Counted from the stretch's first letter, positions 25,793 to 34,339 are shown. The stretch: DNA of 64,000 nt from Candidatus Saccharimonadales bacterium (GCA_041737385.1 JBGSRU010000002.1:205437-269436); one strand, 5' to 3'. The notes: a model not told the origin generated them from the letters alone. A program made the numbers and translations.

Positions 25793-27085
25793 ATGAGTGC
25801 AGTGGCGGTAGTTGGCGGGCAATATGGCGATGAAGGTAAGGGCAAATTTGTCCATTATCTTGTGAACAAGGAGCAAATTAATATTGTTGGTCGTGGAAAC
25901 GGTGGCTGCAATGCAGGACACAACGTCCATGACCCTGAGAAAAACATAAACATTGCGCTTCATTTGATGCCTTCCGGTATTTTAAACCCTGATACGATCA
26001 ACATCGTCGGGTGTGGCACCGTTATAAACCCTCACAACTTTATAGAAGAGATTATTGAAGTCGAAGCTGCTGGGGCTAAAGTGACACCTAACAACCTACT
26101 ACTCAGCACTCGTGCTCACGTCACACTACAGACGCAGCGCTCTCTAGACAGTGCTACTGATAAAGTTGGCAGTACGGCACAAGGAATCGGCCCAACATAT
26201 TCAGATAAGATGAAACGTATTGGGTTGCGTCTTGAAGTGTTTTTGCGTGATTCATGGCGTGATGAAGTCGTGAAGCTCATTGAACAACATAATAACGAAC
26301 TGGCTTACTTAGGCCGCGCAGACCTCATCATTGAACCTAATACTGAGATAGAACGACTAGAATCACCCGTGACGCGTCTACAGCCCCACATCACCGATAC
26401 TGTTAGTTATCTCGCAGCTGAACTTACAAAGAATAAAACGGTTCTTCTTGAAGGTGCTCAGGCAACGATGCTTGATATCAACCATGGAACTTATCCTTAT
26501 GTGACCGCATCCAGTACGACGAGCGGGGGCTTGGCGCTCGGGCTAGGTTTACCCCCAACCGCAGTTACCCGAGTTGTTGGAGTGTTTAAGCTACCGATGA
26601 CTAGAGTTGGAAAGGGGCCGTTTACAACTAAGCTAACTGAAGCCGAACAAGGCATTCATGACTCGCTTGCAGGACTGAAAGGCTCTAAAGGCTCAGAGTT
26701 TGGTGCAACGACTGGACGAGCGCGAGACATAGGTTGGATGGATCTCGTCATGGCAAAATACGCCCACCTTGTAAATGGTTTCACCGACTTGGGACTAACA
26801 AAGTTAGATGCGTTAAGTGGCATTAAAACGCTGAAAGTCTGCACGGCTTATGAGCTAGATGGTGAAATCATAGCGTATCTTCCAGCAGATACCGCTGCAA
26901 TTGAGCGCTGCAAACCCGTTTATACCGAGCTAGCAGGCTGGGAAGATAACATTGATGGCTTCACTGACTTTGAGAAGCTACCAGATAATGCGAAAAACTA
27001 CGTTACATTCGTCGAAGAGTATATTGGCGTTAAAGCCTCAATGATCGGCACTGGCCCAGATAACGCAGATATGATACTACGATAA
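25793..27085 (+). CDS. purA: Adenylosuccinate synthetase
   Basis: 430 aa. GGQYGDEGKGK P-loop, GNGGCNAGH-type region, and TTGRARD.GW. Confidence 0.95.
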   Translation: MSAVAVVGGQYGDEGKGKFVHYLVNKEQINIVGRGNGGCNAGHNVHDPEKNINIALHLMPSGILNPDTINIVGCGTVINPHNFIEEIIEVEAAGAKVTPNNLLLSTRAHVTLQTQRSLDSATDKVGSTAQGIGPTYSDKMKRIGLRLEVFLRDSWRDEVVKLIEQHNNELAYLGRADLIIEPNTEIERLESPVTRLQPHITDTVSYLAAELTKNKTVLLEGAQATMLDINHGTYPYVTASSTTSGGLALGLGLPPTAVTRVVGVFKLPMTRVGKGPFTTKLTEAEQGIHDSLAGLKGSKGSEFGATTGRARDIGWMDLVMAKYAHLVNGFTDLGLTKLDALSGIKTLKVCTAYELDGEIIAYLPADTAAIERCKPVYTELAGWEDNIDGFTDFEKLPDNAKNYVTFVEEYIGVKASMIGTGPDNADMILR

Positions 27086-27661
27086 CGAAGCTATTGATTC
27101 GGCAATTTTTTTTATATAGTTTTCATTTGTTACGTCATGATCCGCGTTAGATGCGACGAGCAATTCGCTCTGTTTAATCTTCTTGGTTGCTTCTTGGCAT
27201 CTAGTTTTCAGCATTTCATATTTTTCTAGTTCAATTTCACCGATAAATATCTTGGTAGGACAATTGATTCGTTTCGTTAATAGATTGAAGTTAACTAATT
27301 TGAACTGTTCAACGCGACGCATACCAATGTTTTTCTTCCATGACTTTTTGAGGTGAGGTATATCTTCTGCAAAATAAGGTGATAATGAGAACAGCCAAAG
27401 CTCTGATGGATTAAGTTTTGCTGCAGCTACGAAAGCCGTATAAGAGCCATACGAAAATCCAGCTAGAATTATATTTTTGGGATCGTGCTTTTCGTATTCA
27501 TGTTCAAGCTGTGCTACCCAGTCGACCACAGTAGTTCTATCCCAGATAATAGGAACAAATACCGTTTTGTAACCTTTGCTTTCAACCGACGTTAAAAGAC
27601 TTTTGTAGTCATGGGTATGCAAACTCTGTCTAAAGCCTGGGACGAATAGTACAGTTTTCAT
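27077..27661 (-). CDS. Alpha/beta hydrolase (small, YdeN-like)
   Basis: 194 aa. Nucleophile elbow GFSYGS and a late HD pair. Confidence 0.7.
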   Translation of the reverse strand: MKTVLFVPGFRQSLHTHDYKSLLTSVESKGYKTVFVPIIWDRTTVVDWVAQLEHEYEKHDPKNIILAGFSYGSYTAFVAAAKLNPSELWLFSLSPYFAEDIPHLKKSWKKNIGMRRVEQFKLVNFNLLTKRINCPTKIFIGEIELEKYEMLKTRCQEATKKIKQSELLVASNADHDVTNENYIKKIAESIASLS

Positions 27662-27771
27662 GACGTAACTGTAGCAATAAACTACTACGTTTACATAATA
27701 TCCAATTTTTGAGTGCTAAATTGACAAACTAAAAAAGGGCTAATATATATACTGTAGAGTTTTTGTGTTTT

Positions 27772-28674
27772 TTATGAAAAATAGGGGAAACCCCACCATT
27801 CATTTGCATTACACGTTACCATTTTTTTGTCGAGATTATCTATTGCAGACATTTCTTCGCCTGTTAACTCAAAATCGTTAATTTCGAAGTTTGACTTAAT
27901 CCTATCGTAGCTTGTGGCCTTGGGTATGGCTGGTGTCGAGCGCTGTTTGGCCCATCTCAAAGCAATTTGTGCAAAAGTTTTATCATGAGCTGAAGCGATA
28001 TTCAGTATCACTTGATCATTAAGTGCTAGATTCCGTGTAGAACTTAATGGTGAATAGGCTGTCACAACAATATTTTCACTGCGGCAAAGTCTTAATAAGT
28101 CTTGTTGAGAATGATACGGATGAACCTCAACCTGATTGATAACCGGCTTAATTCTTGCATAACATATCAAATCTAATAAGTGAGTTGCACTGTAGTTAGC
28201 GACTCCAATAGATTTCACGAGATTATCGTCAACTAGTTTTTCCATCGCCTGCCATGTGTCTTGAAGCGATACGTAAGAAAAAATCGCCAACCCTTTATCA
28301 TCGATGGGTTCAATATCGTCACCTTGTTTAAAAGAAACCGCCCAGTGGACGAGATACAGGTCGAGGTAGTCTATTTGTAGATTATCGAGTGTTTTTTGCA
28401 ATGCGATTTTCACGTCTTGAGGTGCATGGTCAGTGTTCCAAAGTTTGCCTGTTATAAATAACTCATCACGTGAAACTAATCCTGATGAGATAGCCTCGTT
28501 GATTGCTTCTCCGACTTCTTTCTCGTTTCCGTAGACAGAAGCGCAATCTATGTGCCTGTAACCAATCTTTATAGCGTCGATGACTGATTGTTTTGCGCTA
28601 TCATTTTGTAGTCTCCACGTCCCAAAGCCTTGCAATGGAATTTCAAACCCGTTTGATAGTTTTATTGAATTCAT
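27772..28674 (-). CDS. Aldo/keto reductase
   Basis: 300 aa. G.GTW, HIDCASVYGNE and LYLVHW are typical AKR motifs. Confidence 0.9.
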   Translation of the reverse strand: MNSIKLSNGFEIPLQGFGTWRLQNDSAKQSVIDAIKIGYRHIDCASVYGNEKEVGEAINEAISSGLVSRDELFITGKLWNTDHAPQDVKIALQKTLDNLQIDYLDLYLVHWAVSFKQGDDIEPIDDKGLAIFSYVSLQDTWQAMEKLVDDNLVKSIGVANYSATHLLDLICYARIKPVINQVEVHPYHSQQDLLRLCRSENIVVTAYSPLSSTRNLALNDQVILNIASAHDKTFAQIALRWAKQRSTPAIPKATSYDRIKSNFEINDFELTGEEMSAIDNLDKKMVTCNANEWWGFPYFS

Positions 28675-28785
28675 GAATTTAAGTATCTCAAAATAATGAA
28701 TAAAAATACAGAGCTTATGCTTGGCAGCTTCTAGTGGACGAGCTTCGCAAAATCAACTAAGGCTTAAGTTATTCGATGGAACTAT

Positions 28786-29313
28786 TCACTCTCCAATATT
28801 AGTGCCATTTAGCTGCATTATCTGGTTAATAGTAGCGACAACAACGGTGCTTGTTGCTGTTAACGGAGCTTCTTCAGGGCTAAGACAATCCGGTGGTGAT
28901 TCAGTGCTTTTTGATGTCACGAACATAACTTTGGTACTCATACCAAGACCGAACCGCGCAATGTTATGTACTTCTGCCGCCCTGTCTATGCCACTGCGTA
29001 CTTCATGGACGAACCGATCAATAGCCGGTTGTCCTGGATGTTTGCTACAGCGTAGAGCATCGTTATCCGTCAAAGCTACAGCACTACCATCAGGATTTGT
29101 TTCATAGTATTGCTGAAGTAAGTTATCAGCTTGTTCGCGATCACTGTAAGGTACATCTTTTACGAACGATAGAGTGAAAGGCAACATACCGTCATCACTG
29201 CGAAGAGCTCGACTTACTAGGACCTCTGCGCGTTTGGCATGTCTTTTCACTCTTTTCTCTGCATGTGAAGCTGTTCTAAATCTGCGTGGAATTGTTATAG
29301 ATTCTAGTGACAT
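28786..29313 (-). CDS. Hypothetical protein (175 aa) in a GC-richer patch next to the tRNA-Trp array
   Basis: Longest ORF of an overlapping sense/antisense pair. One hand-counted 60-nt line (28981-29040) has 32 G+C, against 19 in a typical line (9121-9180). Confidence 0.5.
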   Translation of the reverse strand: MSLESITIPRRFRTASHAEKRVKRHAKRAEVLVSRALRSDDGMLPFTLSFVKDVPYSDREQADNLLQQYYETNPDGSAVALTDNDALRCSKHPGQPAIDRFVHEVRSGIDRAAEVHNIARFGLGMSTKVMFVTSKSTESPPDCLSPEEAPLTATSTVVVATINQIMQLNGTNIGE

Positions 29314-29381
29314 ATATCACATTACTTTAATATATAAAACACTGTATTGTCAAATTGATTATTAGACATATACATAATGAC

Positions 29382-29530
29382 TAATTTTGGCAGGGGTGAG
29401 CGGGACTTGCCCACACTATGCGGGCCCAGAACTTATTTACTTTCAACAAGTTGAAAATCATTAAGATTCTCTTGCGAAAGTTCTCTGGACTTTCTCACCT
29501 GCAACAACTCCGTTGGTTGACATACAAGTC
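29382..29530 (-). pseudogene. Decayed tRNA-Trp-like copy: degenerate anticodon-arm remnant, T-stem GCAGG, 88-nt insertion A, then T-loop/acceptor 3' end plus CCA
   Basis: Minus strand reads ...GGAGTTGTT GCAGG [TGAGAAAGTCC...AGTGTGGG] CAAGT CCCGC TCACCCCT G CCA. 29382-29399 repeats 29576-29593 exactly (18 nt). Confidence 0.5.
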
Positions 29531-29542
29531 ATGCACGCCCAC

Positions 29543-29573
29543 AAAATCAAAAATCCGACTCTATGGCCGGATT
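29543..29573 (-). terminator. Intrinsic terminator after tRNA-Trp
   Basis: Minus strand: AATCCG GCCATAGAGT CGGATT followed by TTTTTGATTTT. Confidence 0.6.
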
Positions 29574-29581
29574 CTTAATTT

Positions 29582-29657
29582 TGGCAGGGGTGACAGGACT
29601 TGAACCTGCGACACCTGGTTTTGGAGACCAGTGCTCTACCAACTGAGCTACACCCCT
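29582..29657 (-). tRNA. tRNA-Trp (anticodon CCA), CCA end encoded
   Basis: Minus strand: AGGGGTG TA GCTC AGTTGGTA GAGC A CTGGT CTCCAAA ACCAG GTGTC GCAGG TTCAAGT CCTGT CACCCCT G CCA. TATAAT (29672-29667) lies 9 nt upstream. Confidence 0.9.
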
Positions 29658-29690
29658 ATATTGATGATTATACTGTGAAAAGTTCAAATC

Positions 29691-29984
29691 TGACAGGACC
29701 CAGCACCAGAATGAATTCGGTGCGAGGCAAGCTTGCCCACATTCTGTATGCTTAGAACTTTCGTTACTATCAACAAGTTGTTAATCAGAAAGGTTCTCTT
29801 GCAATATGCTTCAGGCATATCTCACCTGCAACACCTGGTTTTGGAGACCACCCCACGGTCTTACTTGAAATGAATTCCAAATCAGCCGTCGGCACGTCTC
29901 ACATCTGGCGCTAATGTGCGCAGGTGCTCCGACCTTGCATACTGCCGCTGGCAGTCTTCACTCTATCAATTGAGCTACACCCCT
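29691..29984 (-). pseudogene. tRNA-Trp-like copy interrupted at three sites and truncated at the 3' end
   Basis: Minus strand: acceptor plus D-arm (29984-29959), about 108-nt insertion I1 (29958-29851), anticodon arm with CCA anticodon plus T-stem (29850-29825), 89-nt insertion B (29824-29736), CAAG, 33-nt insertion (29731-29699), TCCTGTCA (29698-29691). There is no acceptor 3' strand. Confidence 0.6.
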
Positions 29985-30100
29985 TCGTTGCTAATATTTA
30001 GTAGTCGTTAACAGTTTACAATTTTCTTCATTAACTCACAAATTAAAGTCCTATGAGCAATATATTGTAAATATATGTACATCATAGTATAGTTTGTTTA

Positions 30101-30328
30101 ATGGAAATTTTCGACGAGCAGCAACGCGTTAATGCTACGGAACCAACACAAGTAATACCAGATGATATGTATCATCCGAGTTATGACGGATCAGCTCATT
30201 GGGTGCGCTTTGCAGCAGATGGAAGTATTGATAGGGAGAGTACTGCTGAAACCATAGCTAGACAACGTGCAGCTGAAGCGGAACGAGTACAGCCACCGCG
30301 CATGCAAACGATTATTGATCCCGTTTAG
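30101..30328 (+). CDS. Hypothetical protein (75 aa)
   Basis: ORF only. Acidic, with no recognised domain. Confidence 0.4.
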   Translation: MEIFDEQQRVNATEPTQVIPDDMYHPSYDGSAHWVRFAADGSIDRESTAETIARQRAAEAERVQPPRMQTIIDPV

Positions 30329-30398
30329 TAAAATCAGTTGCAATAGCCTTGTAGTGCAATTTGGCAATAAAAATCTCTTTCTTTGTTACTATTCATGG

Positions 30399-30977
30399 AT
30401 GGATACAAAAACAATACTTGGCTTTATCCCGCTATTGTTAGCTGTTCCATCATATGGGTACTATATACATAGAGTTTACAGGCACGGCGTCAAGCCTCAT
30501 ATGTACTCATGGCTTATATGGAGTATTTTAGCTGGAGTAGGGTTCGTCGGCCAGCTCAGTGATAACGCAGGCCCAGGTGCTTGGAATACTGGCATAACTG
30601 TAGTGGGTTGCTTTAGTATTTTCATCGTTTCAATAAAGCATGGCCAACGGAAACTAACCCAACTAGACAAATTGCTTCTAACAATTGCTGTTTTTGCAGT
30701 TCTTGTGCTGTTGGTTTCTGAAAATTACGTTATTTCTACACTGATGGCGGTAGTAGCAGCACTAATAGGGTTTGCACTCACATTTATCAAGGCATTTAAA
30801 AAACCAAACGAAGAAACCCCAGTTACGTTTTTTGTGAATTCATTACGAAACTTCATCTCATTATTCGCGCTTAACTCGATATCGTTTCTTACTTTTTTCT
30901 ATCCGTTCGTAGTGATGATTGCAGGACTATCCATCGTTTTGGTCGTTTTAATCCGCCGTAGAATATCACCTCGTTGA
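30399..30977 (+). CDS. Polytopic membrane protein, paralog of 1097-1672
   Basis: 192 aa from ATG 30399, matching the 191-aa paralog in length. Shares the KPH(V/M)(F/Y)(T/S)W motif and the hydrophobic pattern. Confidence 0.7.
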   Translation: MDTKTILGFIPLLLAVPSYGYYIHRVYRHGVKPHMYSWLIWSILAGVGFVGQLSDNAGPGAWNTGITVVGCFSIFIVSIKHGQRKLTQLDKLLLTIAVFAVLVLLVSENYVISTLMAVVAALIGFALTFIKAFKKPNEETPVTFFVNSLRNFISLFALNSISFLTFFYPFVVMIAGLSIVLVVLIRRRISPR

Positions 30978-31016
30978 TTGAATCATCGCTACTCATCTGT
31001 TATAAATAATACTAAT

Positions 31017-31679
31017 ATGTCAGCAAAAGTTCAGACCAATAAACCGTTACTCGTGCTTCTCTATGGTTTTCCAGGAGCGGGTAAGACTCATTTCTCTAGA
31101 CAACTATCAGAGAACTTGGCGTCAGCTCATGTGCACGGCGATAGAATCCGCTACGAACTGTTTGATGACCCACAATATGATCGACAAGAAAACGCTATCG
31201 TAACGCAGCTCATGCAGTATATGAGCGAAGAATTCTTATCTGCAGGAATCAATGTTATCTATGACATGAATGCTATGCGTAAAGGACAAAGATCTGCTCT
31301 GCGAGAAATGGCAAGAAAAAAGAACGCTAAAACTATAGTTGTTTGGTTCCAAATGGATGCAGACACCGCATTTGATCGAACTCAAAATCGAGACAGACGC
31401 AAAGCTGATGATAAGTACGCAACGGAATACACGCACGATGTCTATAAGAGATACATTAGCCATATGCAACACCCGCAACTTGAAGATTATGTTGTAGTGA
31501 GCGGTAAACACACTTATCCTAGTCAACAAACAGCGTTCTTCAAGAAACTTATGGAAATGGGTTACATTGACACCCAAAACGCACAGACTAAAGTTGCAAT
31601 GCCGGGGCTCGTCAATCTCGTCCCTCGAATGACCAATGGTCGAGTAGACATGAGTCGACGAAACATCTCTATTAGATAA
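31017..31679 (+). CDS. P-loop kinase-like protein (AAA_33 / zeta-toxin-like fold)
   Basis: LLVLLYGFPGAGKTHFS Walker A close to the N-terminus when started at ATG 31017. Confidence 0.7.
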   Translation: MSAKVQTNKPLLVLLYGFPGAGKTHFSRQLSENLASAHVHGDRIRYELFDDPQYDRQENAIVTQLMQYMSEEFLSAGINVIYDMNAMRKGQRSALREMARKKNAKTIVVWFQMDADTAFDRTQNRDRRKADDKYATEYTHDVYKRYISHMQHPQLEDYVVVSGKHTYPSQQTAFFKKLMEMGYIDTQNAQTKVAMPGLVNLVPRMTNGRVDMSRRNISIR

Positions 31680-31687
31680 TTGCAATT

Positions 31688-32395
31688 ATGCTCAAAACAA
31701 TAACTATTGAGGGCTTAAGCCAACCTGTTGTTCTTGCCCGTCGAAAGGGAACGAAGAGTTTGCGTCTATCGATAAAAAGTGATGGACAAGTGCGAGTGTC
31801 TGTCCCGTATGGTGTTCCGGAGTTATTTGCGCGGCAATTTGTGACGAGCAAAGTTAGCTGGATACAGAAACACCAGAAAAAACCAAATCACATCCCGCAA
31901 AATGCGCATATCGGCAAAAACCATAGACTAGTAGTGAGGTCTACAGCTGCTGCACGACATCATACGACTATAACTGACACGGGAATAATTGTGACACTGC
32001 CTGAAACGGTTGATATGAATTCGTCAGAGGCGCAAAAAATTATCAAGTCGGCTTGCGATAAAGCTCTCATTAAACAAGCAAAAATTCTTTTACCTCAGAG
32101 ACTTGCTACTATAGCAAAGCAAAAAAATATCAGTTATAAATCTTGCTCGATAAAAAAACTTAAAAGTCGTTGGGGAGCCTGTGATAATCACGGTAACATC
32201 ACCCTTAACAGCTATTTAATACAACTAGACTGGACGCTAATAGATTATGTGATCTGTCACGAACTCGCCCACACCATACATCACCACCATCAAAAGTCAT
32301 TCTGGGATTTAGTTATGATGCTGAGTCCTCACTATAAAGATCTAAGAAAATCGCTTAAAAACACCCCAACCGACGTTATCGTGACAATGTTCTGA
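31688..32395 (+). CDS. YgjP/DUF45-type zinc metallohydrolase
   Basis: 235 aa. RWGAC... and the C-terminal HELAH motif (ICHELAHTIHHHH). Confidence 0.8.
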   Translation: MLKTITIEGLSQPVVLARRKGTKSLRLSIKSDGQVRVSVPYGVPELFARQFVTSKVSWIQKHQKKPNHIPQNAHIGKNHRLVVRSTAAARHHTTITDTGIIVTLPETVDMNSSEAQKIIKSACDKALIKQAKILLPQRLATIAKQKNISYKSCSIKKLKSRWGACDNHGNITLNSYLIQLDWTLIDYVICHELAHTIHHHHQKSFWDLVMMLSPHYKDLRKSLKNTPTDVIVTMF

Positions 32396-32402
32396 TACAA
32401 TT

Positions 32403-33542
32403 ATGCTAATGGCTACAAAAAAAAATAAAGTACTTCCTAAAACAGTTAGCAAAGTAAAGAAAAAATTGAGCGCTGACGCTGAGCTTGAGCACCAAAGGCT
32501 CGAAAGCCTCGTCAATAGTATGGCTGACGGTGTTATCGCGATTGATGAAAAGGGCAACATTGCTTTATACAACGGCGCTGCACTATCTGTACTAGACGTA
32601 AACGCCATCCAAAAAGGCGACGGAATAGAGCGAGTTCTGAAGCTAACAAACGAACGAAACGATCCGCTCGATACGAGAAGTATCGTGCTAGATACTAAAG
32701 TGCAGATTATATCTAGAGACTACAAAATAAAATATACAGACGACAGCGTTGTTAGCGTCTATTTAAGTATCTCTCCGGTTCATCTCGGCTACGGAAAAGA
32801 AGGTGAAAAAGGCTTTGTGTTGATCATCCGAGACATCACTCGGGAGAAATCACTCGAAGAAGAGCGTGATGAGTTTATATCAGTTATAAGTCACGAACTA
32901 CGTACTCCAGTTGCTATCACAGAAGGCGCCGTCAGCAATGCGCAGTTTATTGCAGAAAAGACCGGTGATCTTGAGAAAGTAAAAGACGCACTTGATAATG
33001 CCCACAAGCAAACAGTTTTCTTAGAGGATATGATAAACGACTTATCAACACTTTCTCGAGCTGAGCGAGGCGTACTAGAAGAAAATATAGAAGATATTAA
33101 TGCACATGATTTCGTTGAACATCTACTATCACTCTACTCCGCTGACGCTGAACGAAAAGGCCTTAAACTTTACGCTGATATTGATCCTGAGCTAGCGTTG
33201 TTGCGCAGTTCTAGACTGTACGTCCAAGAAATTATGCAGAACTTCATCACTAACTCAATCAAATACACAGAAGAAGGTAGTGTCACCATCCATGCCAAGC
33301 AGAAGAAAGATGGTGTTGAATTCGCCGTCAGTGATACTGGTATTGGCATCAGTAAAGGTGATCAAGCAAGAGTGTTCGATAAATTCTTCAGGAGCGAAGA
33401 TTACCATACTCGACAACAAAATGGCACCGGACTCGGGCTGCACGTCACGCGCAAGCTCGCTCAGTTAGCGAAAGCAGAGATTAGTTTGGACTCTGAACTC
33501 GGTAAAGGCTCAACATTTACCATATACTTCCCTAATTTATAA
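32403..33542 (+). CDS. Cytoplasmic PAS-domain sensor histidine kinase
   Basis: H-box FISVISHELRTPV, N-box QNFITNSIKYT, G-boxes DTGIGI and GTGLGLHV. No transmembrane segment, and no response regulator adjacent. Confidence 0.9.
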   Translation: MLMATKKNKVLPKTVSKVKKKLSADAELEHQRLESLVNSMADGVIAIDEKGNIALYNGAALSVLDVNAIQKGDGIERVLKLTNERNDPLDTRSIVLDTKVQIISRDYKIKYTDDSVVSVYLSISPVHLGYGKEGEKGFVLIIRDITREKSLEEERDEFISVISHELRTPVAITEGAVSNAQFIAEKTGDLEKVKDALDNAHKQTVFLEDMINDLSTLSRAERGVLEENIEDINAHDFVEHLLSLYSADAERKGLKLYADIDPELALLRSSRLYVQEIMQNFITNSIKYTEEGSVTIHAKQKKDGVEFAVSDTGIGISKGDQARVFDKFFRSEDYHTRQQNGTGLGLHVTRKLAQLAKAEISLDSELGKGSTFTIYFPNL

Positions 33543-33821
33543 TCAAGCTAGTTCTTTTTCTACTATACGTGCTGTTACTACCAGCACCTACTACAGTTCC
33601 TAATAACTGAAAACTGGACAGTTTAAGCTCTCTAAAGCAAGCGTACACGACTTATGCATTTAGAAAGCACGCAAGCGACACAGTTAAGATCTACTGCTAC
33701 GATAATCCCCTAAAACTGCTCGTCTACTAAGTTAGTAGTTGGGCTTTGGTAAATAGTAGTTGGGGTAGCTACGAAATGCTACTGCTTTTAGTTTGTTTTA
33801 GGAGAGTTTATAATAAAACAA

Positions 33822-34253
33822 ATGAATACAATAGATTGCCTTAATGATCTTACAATTCCTGTTCAGAATCGGATTTTTATAGCAGGTAGTGCATTATTAC
33901 GAATTGCAGTTGAAAAAGGCCAGAGACCGGATCCAAATTATAAGAAAAGACAGTACTCATTTCGAATGCTTGATGGATCACCAATAGATGTGAGGCCACT
34001 CAAAGTAGAAGCCGGAGACGAAGCCCACAACCGTAAACCATTATTTAGTAACGATCCAACAATGCTAAGAGGTCAATATTCATCACAGAATTCTTTTTAC
34101 TATCGAAATGCACACGTAACTTTAGAGGTTGGTAGGCCAATTAATCCTCTGCATGTCTGGACAACAAGAAACGAACAAGGGGCTACCATGATAAACGAAG
34201 CTTGGCTACCACATCAAGAATTGATAATAGATTTCATAACTACTCAAGTATAG
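33822..34253 (+). CDS. Hypothetical protein (143 aa)
   Basis: ORF with an AGGAGA RBS. No recognised domain. Confidence 0.5.
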   Translation: MNTIDCLNDLTIPVQNRIFIAGSALLRIAVEKGQRPDPNYKKRQYSFRMLDGSPIDVRPLKVEAGDEAHNRKPLFSNDPTMLRGQYSSQNSFYYRNAHVTLEVGRPINPLHVWTTRNEQGATMINEAWLPHQELIIDFITTQV

Positions 34254-34339
34254 TTATTGATAAGTACTCTTGCCAATGATATACTGTTGCTATTGACGTC
34301 TGAGGAAACTCAGACTTTTTAATTTGAGAGGAAAAGCAA

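Noticed and set aside
28721-29107. 128-aa plus-strand ORF
   Set aside because: It is antisense to the longer 175-aa ORF (28786-29313). In GC-richer DNA long antisense frames are expected. It has no RBS and its composition is less protein-like. The call between the two strands remains uncertain.
29418-29603. 61-aa plus-strand ORF
   Set aside because: It lies across insertion A, the tRNA-Trp terminator and the 3' end of the tRNA-Trp gene, so it is almost certainly non-coding.
29736-29824. Hammerhead-type self-cleaving ribozyme in insertion B (CTGATTA ... CGAAAG around a hairpin)
   Set aside because: The core would lack the essential G of CUGAUGA, and the corresponding positions in copy A (ATGATTT ... 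AATAAG) are not conserved.
31236-31685. 149-aa minus-strand ORF
   Set aside because: It is antisense to the P-loop kinase-like gene and has no independent support.
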